Assembly (NCBI GenBank): GCA_963823665.1
Contig: CAWGMQ010000008.1
Span: 1,696,001-1,760,000 of the forward strand
Direction of reading: 5' to 3'
Length of the DNA stretch: 64,000 nucleotides
Source of the DNA: an uncultured Planctomycetota bacterium
Lineage (GTDB): Bacteria; Planctomycetota; Planctomycetia; Isosphaerales; Isosphaeraceae
The position numbers and the translations under genes are program-made. The notes beneath the pieces are model-generated. The model worked only from the letters and a program-made list of their open reading frames with translations. It was not told the DNA's origin and ran no database searches. Of this stretch, positions 1-13,900 are shown piece after piece (within the stretch, counting starts at the first letter, position 1; each line of letters starts with the position of its first letter).

Positions 1-1622
1 ATGGCGACCGCTCAGTGGGCCACCCTGACCGGCGGAGGCTTGACGGTCACAGGGGGGACTTATCCATTCAACTTGACCGACATCTCCAGCGCTGGAGTCC
101 ACGTCAGCGGCGGGGCGCAAGTCTCGCTGGCGGATGTCACCGACGCCGACTTCGCCAGCATCTATGTTGGCGGCGGGACGACGCTCTCTTTGCCGGCACT
201 GACCAGCTATACGGAACCGACTTTTGACAGCTCCACCACGCTCCAGGCATCGGGAACGGGAAGCGTGCTGTCACTGCCGGCTTTGACCTCCATCGCCACG
301 ACGTCCGGATTCGACACGACCTACGTTGAGGCACTGTCGGGAGGGGACATCGAGCTCCCCGTGGTGACGCAGCTCAGTGGGTCGATTGATGTCGAAAGCG
401 AAAACGCCAGCAGCAGAGTCAACCTGTCGGGCCTCGCCGACTTTAATGGCGGGTCGCTCACGGTCACTAGCCAGGGGACCGTCCTGGATCCGGATCTCAC
501 GACCCTCAACGGAGTGAGCGTGACCCTCGACGGCACCGGGACGATGGCGACCGCTCAGTGGGCCACCCTGACCGGCGGAGGCTTGACGGTCACAGGGGGG
601 ACTTATCCATTCAACTTGACCGACATCTCCAGCGCTGGAGTCCACGTCAGCGGCGGGGCGCAAGTCTCGCTGGCGGATGTCACCGACGCCGACTTCGCCA
701 GCATCTATGTTGGCGGCGGGACGACGCTCTCTTTGCCGGCACTGACCAGCTATACGGAACCGACTTTTGACAGCTCCACCACGCTCCAGGCATCGGGAAC
801 GGGAAGCGTGCTGTCACTGCCGGCTTTGACCTCCATCGCCACGACGTCCGGATTCGACACGACCTACGTTGAGGCACTGTCGGGAGGGGACATCGAGCTC
901 CCCGTGGTGACGCAGCTCAGTGGGTCGATTGATGTCGAAAGCGAAAACGCCAGCAGCAGAGTCAACCTGTCGGGCCTCGCCGACTTTAATGGCGGGTCGC
1001 TCACGGTCACTAGCCAGGGGACCGTCCTGGATCCGGATCTCACGACCCTCAACGGAGTGAGCGTGACCCTCGACGGCACCGGGACGATGGCGACCGCTCA
1101 GTGGGCCACCCTGACCGGCGGAGGCTTGACGGTCACAGGGGGGACTTATCCATTCAACTTGACCGACATCTCCAGCGCTGGAGTCCACGTCAGCGGCGGG
1201 GCGCAAGTCTCGCTGGCGGATGTCACCGACGCCGACTTCGCCAGCATCTATGTTGGCGGCGGGACGACGCTCTCTTTGCCGGCACTGACCAGCTATACGG
1301 AACCGACTTTTGACAGCTCCACCACGCTCCAGGCATCGGGAACGGGAAGCGTGCTGTCACTGCCGGCTTTGACCTCCATCGCCACGACGTCCGGATTCGA
1401 CACGACCTACGTTGAGGCACTGTCGGGAGGGGACATCGAGCTCCCCGTGGTGACGCAGCTCAGTGGGTCGATCGATGTCGAAAGCGAAAACGCCAGCAGC
1501 AGAGTCAACCTGTCGGGCCTCGCCGACTTTAATGGCGGGTCGCTCACGGTCACTAGCCAGGGGACCGTCCTGGATCCGGATCTCACGACCCTCAACGGAG
1601 TGAGCGTGACCCTCGACGGCAC
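1..1622 (+). repeat. Near-perfect intragenic tandem repeat, 543-bp unit (181 aa), 3 copies visible, probably continuing left of the window
   Basis: ATGGCGACCGCTCAGTGG recurs at 1, 544 and 1087. I saw only one synonymous difference (ATT/ATC near 1473). Confidence 0.95.
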
Positions 1623-4600
1623 GGGCACGATCGCCACCGCCCAGATCACCAGCTTCACCAGCGGCACGCTGAGTCTCAGCGCCGGGACCGTCAACCTGTC
1701 GGCATTGACCGATATCGACGGCTCCGCGTTCCAGGTCAGCGGCGCGGTTATGGTCACCCTGCCAGCCGTCACCAGCGCCACCGGTCCCAGTTTCGAGGTC
1801 AGCGGGGCAGCCTCGCTCACAGTGCCCGCCCTGACCACCTATACCGGGGGCAATGGCGGCGCTGACACATGGGAGGCGACGGGCGTCGGCAGCGTGCTCT
1901 CACTTCCCGCTCTGACCTCGATTACCGAGAATACGAGCTTCTACGCCTTGACCAAGGTCCAGGCTCTGGCCGGGGGAGACGTGCAATTGCCCGCGTTGAC
2001 CCAGCTCAGCGGCGGACCGTTCCAGTTGGAGAGCGACGGCACGGGGAGCCAACTCAAGGTCGCAGCCTTGAGCAGCATCCAGGCTCAGAACACCATAACC
2101 GACCAGTCATCGCTCCAGGACACCAACGGCGGCACGGTGCTCGACGGCAGCCTGACGAGTCTGAACGGCACCAACGTGACCCTCGACGGCACGGGCACGA
2201 TCGCCACCTCCCAGATCACCACCTACACTAGCGGCACGCTCAGTCTCAGCGCCGGAACGGTCAACCTGTCGGCATTGACCGATATCGACGGCTCCGCGTT
2301 CCAGGTCGGCGGCGCGGTCACGGTCACCCTGCCAGCCGTCACCAGCGCCACCGGTCCCAGTTTCGAGGTCAGCGGCGGCGCCTCGCTCACTGTGCCCGCC
2401 CTGACCACCTATACCGGGGGCAGTGGCGGCGCTGACACATTGGAGGCGACGGGCGTCGGCAGCGTGCTCTCACTCCCCGCTCTGACCTCGATTACCGAGA
2501 ATACGAGCTTCTACGCCTTGACCAAGATCCAGGCCCTGGCCGGGGGAGACGTGCAGCTGCCCGCCTTGACCCAGCTCAGCGGCGGACCGTTCCAGTTGGA
2601 GAGCGACGGCGCAGGGAGCCAACTCAAGGTCTCAGCCTTGAGCAGTATCCAGGCTCAGAACACCATAACCGACCAGTCATCGCTCCAGGTCACCAACGGA
2701 GGCACGGTGCTGGATCAGGATCTTTCCACGGTCAACGGCGTGAGCCTCGTCGGCGATTCTACGGGTACGTTCACCGTGTCGGCGACTTTCGGGCTTTCCA
2801 TCACGGGAGGAACGAGCACCGTCCAAACCGGAACTTTGATCGATCAGGGCAACCTCAACGTTCAAACCGGCGCCACGCTCAATATCGAGGGCGGATTGTC
2901 CGTCAACGGGTCCGGGATTCTGACCACCGCGCCAGGAAGCACCATCCAAATCAGCGGCGACCTGCTCGGCACGACCCAGAACGCCGATGATTTCAACCCC
3001 CGGGGGTTGGTTGAGTTCGACAGCGGTACCGGCACGAGCGATCCTCCGCAGGAACTGGAGGCCATGTCGGCCGATCTCGGGGCCGTTCAGGCGGGATTCG
3101 TCAACAATTTCGCTTATGGCACGATCAGCCTGACCAGCAGCACGTCGGTCGAGGTTGTGGATCACTCGCACAACACCACGAGCACAAGGCCCGAAGCGGT
3201 CTATGCCAACGAGCTGATCGTGCCGAGCGGCGCCACGCTTAACTTGAACAACCTGCACGTCTACGTTCGCGGCGACCAGATCAGCGGCACGATCGTGGGA
3301 GGAACGGTCATTCTGGTTCGCTCGGGCGGCTCGATCGCTCTCAACACGCCGACGCCAGGGACACTCTCCCCGGCCGGTGCTGTCGATGATTGGACGTTTT
3401 ACGCAATCGCCGGAGAATCGATCACGGTCCAACTCAATCCGGGCGGGAGCGGCTCGTCGCCGGCTCTCTCACCCTTACTGAACTGGGGCCAAGTCGAGCT
3501 GCTCGACCCGAACAACGACGTGCTGGCTTCGGCCTCAAGCACCTCATCGGGTGCAATCGCGACGATCAGCGGTTTCAGCCTGCCTGCAAGCGAAACCTAC
3601 ACCATTCAAGTCCAGGCGCCAGCCGGCCACCCTGCCAGCACCGGCAACTACGTCCTCTCGACCTATAACATCACGCCCAACGTCTACCCCCTGACGGTCA
3701 ATCAGTCATCCACCGGCACGATTCGCAGCGGCTATGGGGTCGACCAGTGGACCTTCACCGGCGCGGCCAACGAGCAGGTCGAGGTCAACGTGATCAGCAC
3801 GGCCGACGGCAGCGTGGCGTTCGATCTGACTGGCCCGAGCGGAACGGTCTTCAACAACCTTCAGACGAACTCCGGCCCGGTTACCCTGCTCTCCAGCGGC
3901 AACTACGTTTTGACCGCTCATGGCACCGGCGGACAGGGAGGGGCCTACGCCTTCGAGCTCGAACAGACTTCGTTCAACAGCCTCACGCTTGGAACTCCCT
4001 ACAGCGGGACGCTAACCGGCAGCGGCCAGGCCCAGCTCTTTTCTGTCAACGTGACATCCACCCAGTCGCTTTTTGTGACGCTCCAGGACACTTCCTCGGC
4101 TGACGTCAACCAGATCTATGCCAAGCTCGGCTCACCGCCTACACAGTCCAACTACAACTTCCAGTCCTCCAGCGGCGTCTCCTCCAACCAGCAGTTACTC
4201 GTCCCCTCGGCAGCGCCGGGCACCTGGTACTTCTTGGTCTATTCCGTGTCGGTGCCGTCGGCGAGCACATTCACCCTCTCGGCATCCGGGGAGCTAGTGA
4301 CGCTGACTGCCGAAGCCCCCTCCAAATCGGCGGCTGGAAACACCGCGACGCTGACGCTCACCGGTTCGGGATTCGACAAGACATCGTCGGTCCAGTTGGT
4401 CTCGATGGCCAACACGGTCTTCAAGGCAACCAGCGTGTCGCTCGACACATTCACGCAATTGACGGCCACGTTCGACCTGAGCAGCGTGCCGCAGGGAACC
4501 TATTCGGTTGTGGTAACCAATCCTGGCGCCCAACGTGCCTCGCTCGCGGGCGCTTTCACGGTCACGCCGGCTGGGGAGGCGCACTTTGTCTCGCACCTGA

Positions 4601-7600
4601 TTCTTCCAAGCAAGATGGGCCGTCACATCTCTTCGACAATCTACGTCGACTACGCCAATACGGGGAGCGAGGCCATGCCGGCCCCACTGCTTGTGCTCGA
4701 GGCGCCTCCGGAGGTGATCGACGGCCAGACGATCACCAACCTGCCTCTGTTCACCCTGAACCCGTCGTTGGTGGTCTCGGGCTACTGGACCTCGGCCATT
4801 CCCGAAGGATACTCCAACAGCGTGGAGATCCTGGCCACCGGGAGCGAGGTGCCCGGCTGGCTCGAGCCGGGCGAATCTGAGACAGTGCCGGTCTATTACG
4901 CCGGCATGCAACAGCCTTGGAGCTTCGCGGAGACTAGCTTCCAGTTCGCACTCGACTATTACAACCTGCACGATACCACGGCTCTTGATTGGAGCAGCCT
5001 CCAAGCAAGTCTCGAGCCACCGGGGATCTCCACCACGGCGTGGAATGCCATCTCGAGTAACCTCTCGACCCAGGTCGGAGGCACCTGGGGCAGCTACGTG
5101 ACGATGCTGGATAACGAGGCATCGTACCTTGGCCAGTTGGGCGAGGACGTGCAGGACGTCAGCGAGCTCTGGTCTTTCGCCATGATGCGGGCCGACGGCT
5201 TGACCCCCACGCCAGAGCTAACCGGCGCCACCGACATCGACGTCGCGGTTCCGGGTCAGGTGTCCCTGGATTTCAGCCGGGTAGATCAGGAACCACTCAG
5301 CGCCCGCGACGCGGTCGGACCACTCGGCTACGGCTGGACCGACGCCTGGCAGTATTCGTTGAGCGTGGCGTCCGACGGCACCGTAACCGTGACCATGCCC
5401 GGCGGCGAACAGCGGGTCTTCCAGCCCGACAGTCGAGGCAGCGACTACTTCGATCAGCCGGGTGACTACGGCATCCTCACCGAGGGGACCGGTGGAACTT
5501 TTTCGCTACAAGAAACCGACGGTGAGATCGAGGAATTCAACAGCAACGGCACGCTCGACTACATCCAGGATACCAACGGTAACCGGATCACGGCCGGCTA
5601 CAACTCAAGCGGCCTGCTCAACAGTCTCACTGATACGTCCGGCGCATCCCTGTCGATTGCCTACAACGCGCAGGGTTTAATCGGGTCCGTCACGAGTTCC
5701 GATGGACGCACTGTCAACTACGCGTACGACTCCGGCGAGCACTTAATCTCCGTGCAAAGCTACGACGGTGACGTGACCCGGTTTACGTACGAGTCCGGCT
5801 CGAATGCGGCAACGGAAAATGCCTTGACGTCGATCACAAATCCCGATGGGACGTCCCAGAATTTCACGTACAACTCGTCGGGTCAACTCGCCGGTACGTC
5901 GCAGGCGGGCGGCGCCGATCCCGTGACCTTCAGCTACAACGCCGGCGAGGTGACCGTAACCGACGCCGCCGGCGACGCCAGCCAGTACTACTTCGATGAG
6001 AACGGAGAGCTGTTGAAGACCGTCGACCCGTTGGGCAACGTCACGTTCGCCACATTCGACAGCAATGGTAACCTGACGAGCTTGATCGGCCCTACCGGGC
6101 TGACAACGAAATACACATACGATTCCAACGGGAACCTGACCAGCAGCACGGACGCTCTGGGGCAGACCACTTCGTACACCTACACGTCCTCTGACAACGT
6201 ACTGGCAAGCGTGACCAACGCCCAAGGAGATACCACCAGTTACAACTACGACGCCAGCGGCGATTTGACCTCGACCGAGAACCCGGACGACTCGGTCGAG
6301 AGCGCCACTTACGACGCGCTGGGCGATCCACTCTCTCTGACCGATGCAGACGGCCAGGTGAACAACTACACGTACAACGCCGCCGGGCAGGTCACAAGCG
6401 CCACCCTTGCCGGTGGCTCGACGATGACCTACACCTACGACCCAGACGGGAATCTCATCACGGCGACCGACTCGTCCGGCGTCACGACGCTAACTTACAA
6501 TTCGGCGGACGAGCTTACGAGCATCGTCTATCCGACGGGGTTGTCCCTGCAGTACACCTACAATGCCGGTGGCCAGCGCACCCAGCTGGCCGAGCTGTCG
6601 GGTTCGACAATCACGTACACGGTCAATTACAGCTACAACTCGCTCGGCCAGTTGGTCCAACTGACCGATGGTATCGGTGCAAACATCATACAATATACGT
6701 ACGACAACATTGGCGAGCTGACTCGAGAGGACAAGGGAGACGGCACCTATTCGACGTACACCTACGACGCCGACGGCAACGTCCTGGACCTGGTGAACTA
6801 CGCCGCAAACGGCACGGTCGACAGCAGCTTCGTGTACACCTACAACGCTCTGGACGAAGGAGACCAGCATGGCGACAGTGGACGGCACGTGGACCTACGG
6901 GTACGACAACGATGGCGAGCTCATCACTGCCTCATTTGCCTCGACCGACTCCGCCATCCCCGACCAAAGCCTGACCTACGTCTATAACGCGGCGGGAGAT
7001 CGCACTCAGATGATCATCAACGGTGTAACAACCAATTACACCAGCAACAGCGTCAACGAATACACCACCGTCGGCGGCACAACCTCCGAGTACGACGCCG
7101 ACGGCAATCTGATTTCGATGACCGATGCCTCGGGAACAATGACATACAGCTATAATTCCCTCAACCAGCTAACCGGTGTCAGCTCGCCAACCGCGAGCTG
7201 GTCCTACCAGTACGATGCGTTCGGGAATCTGGTTTCCACGACCTCGAACGGCCAGACGACCGACAACCTGTTCGATCCAGCCGGATTGGGCAACCTGGTT
7301 GGCCAGTACACCACCTCGGGAAGCCTGATCGCCAGTTACGCGTACGGTCTGTCACTCGTGAGCCAGGTCACGCGGAGCGGGGCGAACTACTACGACTTCG
7401 ACGCGCTGGGCTCGACCGCGGATCTGACCAGCACGACCGGTGGCGTGGTCGCCACGTACAGTTACCTTCCCTCCGGCGGCTTGCTCGTCGGCACGGGGAG
7501 CGTCGTTAACCCGTTCACGTTCATCGGCGAGTATGGTGTAACCAGCGACGGAAGCGGCCTGCTCGACATGAGGCATCGGTTCTACAATCCGAGCACAGGC

Positions 7601-10600
7601 CAGTTCGTGTCGAACGACCCGCTTGGGCTCGGTGGCGGCCAAGTGAATGTGAGAGAGTATGTCGGCAACGATTCTGTTGGCGCCATCGATCCGAATGGAC
7701 TTGCGTCGCCGGGCAACTCACTCGGCGCGGCCGTCGCTGGCGCTCCGAACTCGCTCGGAACCGCGACCCCGGCGTCGACGACTGACAGCGTCGAAATCAA
7801 TACCGGTGGCGAGATCAACCCACTGGCAAGCAATAATGCGGCTCTTCTGGCATGGGAGAAAGCGGTATTGAGCCATTTGCAGGGTCCTCGACTCAGCTCA
7901 AAACCCACGCCGCCTCCGGCCAAGGTGGTGTGCAAACCGCTGTCGGAATCCGACACCGGCTACGGTTTCTTCAGTGGCTCACTTGGCAGCACCACAATGT
8001 GCAAGAACCCCGGCAGCGGCGGAGGTGGTGGCGGAAGCCCCTCCACAGCCGGGGCCTACGATCCCAACTCGATGCTCGGCCCGACCGGCTATGGTGGCCA
8101 GAATTTCGTAACGGGTTCGGCTCTTACGCTCTATCCGTACCAGATCAACTTCGAGAACTCGCCGTCGGCTACCGCCCCCGCCCAGCAGGTTGTAATTACA
8201 GACACACTCGACCCAAACCTCGATCTAAGCACGTTCCAACTAACCGAGATCGACTTCGGTGACACCGTGTTGACAATTCCGCCCGGCAGTCAGGATTATC
8301 AGACCACGGTTTCGATGACCTACAACGGCGTGACCTTCGACGTCGTCATCAGTGCGAGCCTCAACTATCAGACCCGGGAACTAACCGTCACGTTTCAGTC
8401 GATCGATCCCAACACGCAGCTCCCACCCAACGTGTTGACGGGCTTCCTGCCGCCCGAGGACGGTACGGGCCGGGGTGAAGGATACGTCAGCTTCGTGATC
8501 TCGCCCAATGCGGGCCTGGCCACCGGCACACAGATTCGCAACGTGGCCAACATCGTATTCGACGGCAACACGCCGATCGCCACCGACCAAGTGAGTGACG
8601 AAGACCCCAGCCACGGGATCGATCCGACCAAGCAGGCTCTGATCACAATCGACAATACAGTGCCCACGAGCACCGTGGCGGCACTGCCCGCCACCGAGAG
8701 CTCGACGAGCTTCACCCTGAGCTGGTCGGGAAGCGATGGCGACGGTTCGGGGACTGCTTATTACAACGTCTACGATTCCGAGGACGGCGGTCCATTCAGC
8801 AACCTTGTGATGAGTACCACCAAAACCTCAACGACCTTCACCGGCCAACCTGGTCACGAGTATAGCTTCATCAGCATCGCGACCAGCAATACCGGCATCA
8901 ACCAGCCCGCGCCGAGTGTCGGCCAGACCACGACCGAAATCGTCACCACGCCTCCGCCGTCCCAGCCCGCTCCTCCCGTGCTCCTGCCAGCCGATGACAG
9001 CGGCATAAAAGGCGACGAGATCACCGACGACGCCAGCCCCAGCCTCACCGGCACAACCCAGGCGGATGCCACCGTGCAACTCCTCAACAGCTCGAACACG
9101 GTCGTCGCCACAACCACCGCGAATGCCAGTGGCAGCTACACGGTCGCAATCCCCGGCGCGCCTCTCAGCCCCGGCGCCTACACATTCACGGTAGCGGCGA
9201 GCAACGCGGGCGGCTCCAGCCCCGCCAGCAACCCATTAACTCTGACCATTGTCGCCGCACCAGCAACCCCCAGCGCCCCCACGCTCCTGCCCGACGACGA
9301 CAGCGGAATCAAGGGCGATGGAATTACCGATGTCACAAGCCCAAGCCTCACCGGGACCACGATTGCCGGCGCCATCGTCCAGTTGCTCGATGTCAGCGAC
9401 AACATCATCGCGACGACGACGGCGAATGCCTCCGGAGTGTATGTCATCCCGTTGAGCTCACTCGCGGTCCGGACGTACCAGTACAGCGTGCAGACGGTTG
9501 ATCAGTACCGGGACGTCAGCGACCCAAGCCCGGCGTTCTCACTGACGATCGTCGCCGCGCCAACGACGCCCAGCGCGCCCACGCTCCTGCCCGCCGCCGA
9601 CAGCGGAATCAAGGGCGATGCGATCACCGATGATGCCAGCCCCAGCCTCACTGGCGCCGCGTTCGCCGGCGCTACGGTGCAATTGCTGAACGCCGGCGGT
9701 GTCATCGCGACGGTCACTGCCGGCACTTCGGGTAGCTACGTCATCCCGATCCCCGGCCCGCTCTGGCCGCAAATTTACCAGTACAGCGTGCAGACAATCG
9801 ACCAGTATGGCGACGCCAGCAGCCCGAGCGCCGCATTCTCACTGATGATCGTCGCTGCACCGGCAACACCGAACGCCCCAATCCTCCTCCCAGCCGACAG
9901 CAACGGCAGCCCCGGAGGCGAGACGACCGACGTCATCAGCCCATCTTTAACAGGCACCACGTTTGCTGCCGCGACCGTGCAGCTTCTGAACGCGAGCGGC
10001 GCCGTGCTGCAGACCGTGAAGGCCAGCAGCACGGGTGTCTACACATTGCAGGTGCCGGGCCCGCTCACCGTCGGCTCGTACACGTACAAGATCGAGACGA
10101 CCGACCAATACGGCGACATCAGCAGTCCGAGTCCAGTGCAGACCATCAACGTGGTCAGCCCCCCGCCTCCGCTGGTCACGGCGCAGTCCTCGTACGCGGA
10201 AACAATGAAGGTCGGCAAGGGGAAGAAGGCGAAGAAAGAGACAGTAATCGTTCTCCAGTTCAACGGAGCACTCAACGCAACTGCCGCCGACAACGCTAAC
10301 GCTTACGACCTCGCGCCGGTCATCACCGTCAAGGCGAGTGGCAAGGGCAAGAACCGCAAGCCGGCGACAACGAAGCTCGGCGCGCCCGTGCCCGTGGCTT
10401 CGGCGTCCTACACTTCCTCGAACAATCAGGTGACGCTCACTCCCCGCGGCACGCTCAGCGCGTCGAAGCCTGAGGAGCTCATCGTGAGCGGCGCTCTCTT
10501 GACCGACACGCTGGGCCGTGAGATCGACGGCGACCACAGCGGCCAACCTGGCAGCGACTACATCGCGACAGTCAAAGGATCGCGAGTAACCCCCGGCGGG

Positions 10601-10768
10601 ATCCCGCTGGCGCGATTGCAAACACAGCCGGCCTCTGCGTCAACGGTAATCGACGCCTTGCTCGCCCGCGGCGAGTTAGCCGAGATCACACGCTCCCTCC
10701 GCGCCCGCCACGAGCACCCTGCTCGAAGCGCAGTGACGTCAACCGCTTCCACATCGCGAATCGATTGA
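1..10768 (+). CDS. Giant extracellular RHS/YD-repeat protein, 5' end outside the window, with one frameshift near 6858. Order: beta-solenoid repeats, PPC-like and IPT/TIG domains, YD repeats, RHS core, DPN-type beta domain, FN3, Ig-like repeats, Lys-rich C-terminal domain
   Basis: ORFs 1..6987 and 6869..10768 join by removing one base near 6858 (YNALDE-ETSMATVDG continues the YD repeat pattern). YTYD repeats run about 5400-7500. The RHS core reads PFTFIGEY...RFYNPSTGQFVSNDPLG...IDPNGL (DPNGL at 7688-7702). T/S/G-rich composition. Confidence 0.85.
1606..2715 (+). repeat. Second intragenic repeat type, 570-bp unit (190 aa), about 2 copies
   Basis: GTGACCCTCGACGGCACGGGCACGATCGCCACC at 1606 and 2176. 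The protein repeats LSLSAGTVNLSALTDIDGSAFQV...QAQNTITDQSSLQ. Confidence 0.9.
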
Positions 10769-10922
10769 CGTCATTAACTCGCAAGGTCAGACAGCTCCCT
10801 CATTTGTCGACGTCAGCCCCGGTCCAGGTCGAACAGCTTATGTGCAATTGCCGGAGACCAACCCGTTACGGCACTCGTGATAACAGATCGCCCTGTCACA
10901 CACCAACGACGAGGGACACACC

Positions 10923-13900
10923 ATGCACCACGCTCGGCGACAGATTGCGCTTCCGTAACTTTGAACCGGAAGCCCTGGAGCCCCGCCAGTTGCTCGACGG
11001 CGGCGGAGTACCGCCCGGGATGGATCTCGCGCAGGCGAACTGGTTCTATCAGAACGTGTTTTTGCCACCGGCGAATGTCGCGCCTGAGTGGAACGGCAAC
11101 GTCGCGACCGATGACGCGGGGACACTCGGGCCAGGCTACCTCGCGGCAATCGTCGCCAGGGTGAACGCCTATCGCTGGATGGCGGGCCTTCCCGGCGGCA
11201 TCACACTCGACCCGACGGAGAACGACGAAGCCCAGCAAGCTGCACTCATGATGGCGGCTAACGGTCAGCTCAATCATGATCCACCCCCGACCTGGATCGA
11301 CTACACGGCCGAGGGCGCGAACGCGGCGGGCCATTCCAACCTCGCACAGGTAAACGGCCTCCCGTCCGGCACAAATTCAATCGATTTGTTCATGAGCGAC
11401 TTGGGAGACAATAACACCTCCGTAGGCCACCGCCGATGGGTATTGTACCCACCAACCCAGACGATGGGCGTAGGCGACATACCCGCCGCGACCACCGCAC
11501 TCTACGTAATCCAGCCAGACGATCCGCCCGCGCCCTCCGTGACCGTCGTTGCCTGGCCACCCGCGGGCTTCGTACCGGACGCGTTGATCCCGGACCGGTG
11601 GTCCCTTCAGGCCCCGTATGGCTCCGACTTCTCCAATGCGACCGTCGCCGTCACGGAGAACGGGGTCTCGCAAGAGGTCGAGATCCTCAGCAACAGCGGG
11701 CCGGAATACGGCGGCCAGGCCATCGTCTGGAACATGCCCGACGCCCCGGCCCCACAACCGGGCCAGCAGGCCGTCTACGCGGTCCAGGTCGACAACGTCC
11801 TTATCAATGGCCAGTCGCAGTCCTTCTCTTATACGACCACGTCGTTTGATCCATCAGCAACGACGGAATCGACGCCTGTCCCCGCCGCGGTCGGGTTCCT
11901 TCAGGCGAGCGCGCAACCTGACACGACGAACGGATCGATCACCATCGATGTCGCGCGCGGCATGAACGCCGACCAGCAGTTTTCAGTCGATTATTCCACG
12001 GTCGACGGCACCGCCCTGGCGGGGACCAACTATGTCTCCACCAGTGGAGTGCTCACTTTCGGGCCCGGGCAGTTCTACAGCCAGATCGTCGTTCCGATCC
12101 TTCCGGGTAACACGGCGCAGCCGGGTGGAACGTTCTTCGTCACCCTCTCCACGCCGACGGACGCAAGCGTCGGGCCAATCAGTTCGTTCGAGGTCGAGAT
12201 CGATGGCCTTCCCCTCGCACAGCCTGCCCCGCCCGTGCTTCTCCCCGCCGACGACAGCGGCAAGCAAGGCGACGGGATCACGGACGTCGCCAGCCCCAGC
12301 CTTACAGGCATCACGTTCGCCGGCGCCACCGTCCAATTGCTTGACGGCAAGGACGACGTTATCGCCACGGCCACCGCGAACGGTTCCGGGGTCTACGTCA
12401 TCCCGCTCTCGGGTCCCCTCACGCCCCAGACGTACCAATTCAGCGTCGAGATGGTCGATCAGTACGGCGACGTCAGCAGCCCAAGCGCCGCGTTCTCGCT
12501 GACCATCGTGGCCCCGCCTACCACGCCCAGCGCCCCGGCACTCGTTCCCGCCGACGACAGCGGTAAGCAAGGCGACGGGATCACGGACGTCGCCAGCCCC
12601 AGCCTTACAGGCATCACGTTCGCCGGCGCCACCGTCCAATTGCTTGACGGCAAGGACGACGTTATCGCCACGGCCACCGCGAACGGTTCCGGGGTCTACG
12701 TCATCCCGCTCTCGGGTCCCCTCACGCCCCAGACGTACCAATTCAGCGTCGAGATGGTCGATCAGTACGGCGACGTCAGCAGCCCAAGCGCCGCGTTCTC
12801 GCTGACCATCGTGGCCCCGCCTACCACGCCCAGCGCCCCGGCACTCGTTCCCGCCGACGACAGCGGTAAGCAAGGCGACGGGATCACGGACGTCGCCAGC
12901 CCCAGCCTTACAGGCATCACGTCCGCCGGCGCCACCGTCCAATTGCTTGACGGCAAGGACGACGTTATCGCCACGGCCACCGCGAATGGTTCCGGGGTCT
13001 ACGTCATCCCGCTCTCGGGTCCCCTCACGCCCCAGACGTACCAATTCAGCGTCGAGATGGTCGATCAGTACGGCGACGTCAGCAGCCCAAGCGCCGCGTT
13101 CTCGCTGACCATCGTGGCCCCGCCTACCACGCCCAGCGCCCCGGCACTCGTTCCCGCCGACGACAGCGGTAAGCAAGGCGACGGGATCACGGACGTCGCC
13201 AGCCCCAGCCTTACAGGCATCACGTTCGCCGGCGCCACCGTCCAATTGCTTGACGGCAAGGACGACGTTATCGCCACGGCCACGGCGAACGGTTCCGGGG
13301 TCTACGTCATCCCGCTCTTGGGTCCCCTCACGCCCCAGACGTTCCAATTCAGCGTCGAGACGGTCGATCAGTACGGCGACGTCAGCAGCCCAAGCGCCGC
13401 GTTTTCGCTGACCATCGTGGCCCCGCCTACCACGCCCAGCGCCCCGGCACTCGTTCCCGCCGACGACAGCGGTAAGCAAGGCGACGGGATCACGGACGTC
13501 GGCAGCCCCAGCCTTACAGGCATCACGTTTGTCGGCGCATCCGTCCAATTGCTTGACGGCAAGGACGACGTTATCGCCACGGCCACCGCGAACGGTTCCG
13601 GGGTCTACGTCATCCCGCTCTCGGGTCCCCTCACGCCCCAGACGTACCAATTCAGCGTCGAGACGGTCGATCAGTACGGCGACGTCAGCAGCCCAAGCGC
13701 CGCGTTCTCGCCGACCATCGTGGCCCCGCCTACCACCCCCAACGCCCCGGCACTCGTTCCCGCCGACGACAGCGGCGAGCAAGGCGACGGGATCACGGAC
13801 GTCGGCAGCCCCAGCCTTACAGGCATCACGTTTGTCGGCGCATCCGTCCAATTGCTTGACGGCAAGGACGACGTCATCGCCACGGCCACCGCGAACGGGT

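Noticed and set aside
6850..6990. Two separate genes or programmed frameshifting at the ORF1/ORF2 junction
   Set aside because: The YD repeat runs straight through with a single-base correction, there is no slippery heptamer, and similar indels occur elsewhere.
7703..10768. Classical Rhs toxin-immunity pair
   Set aside because: No recognisable toxin motif and no small downstream immunity ORF.
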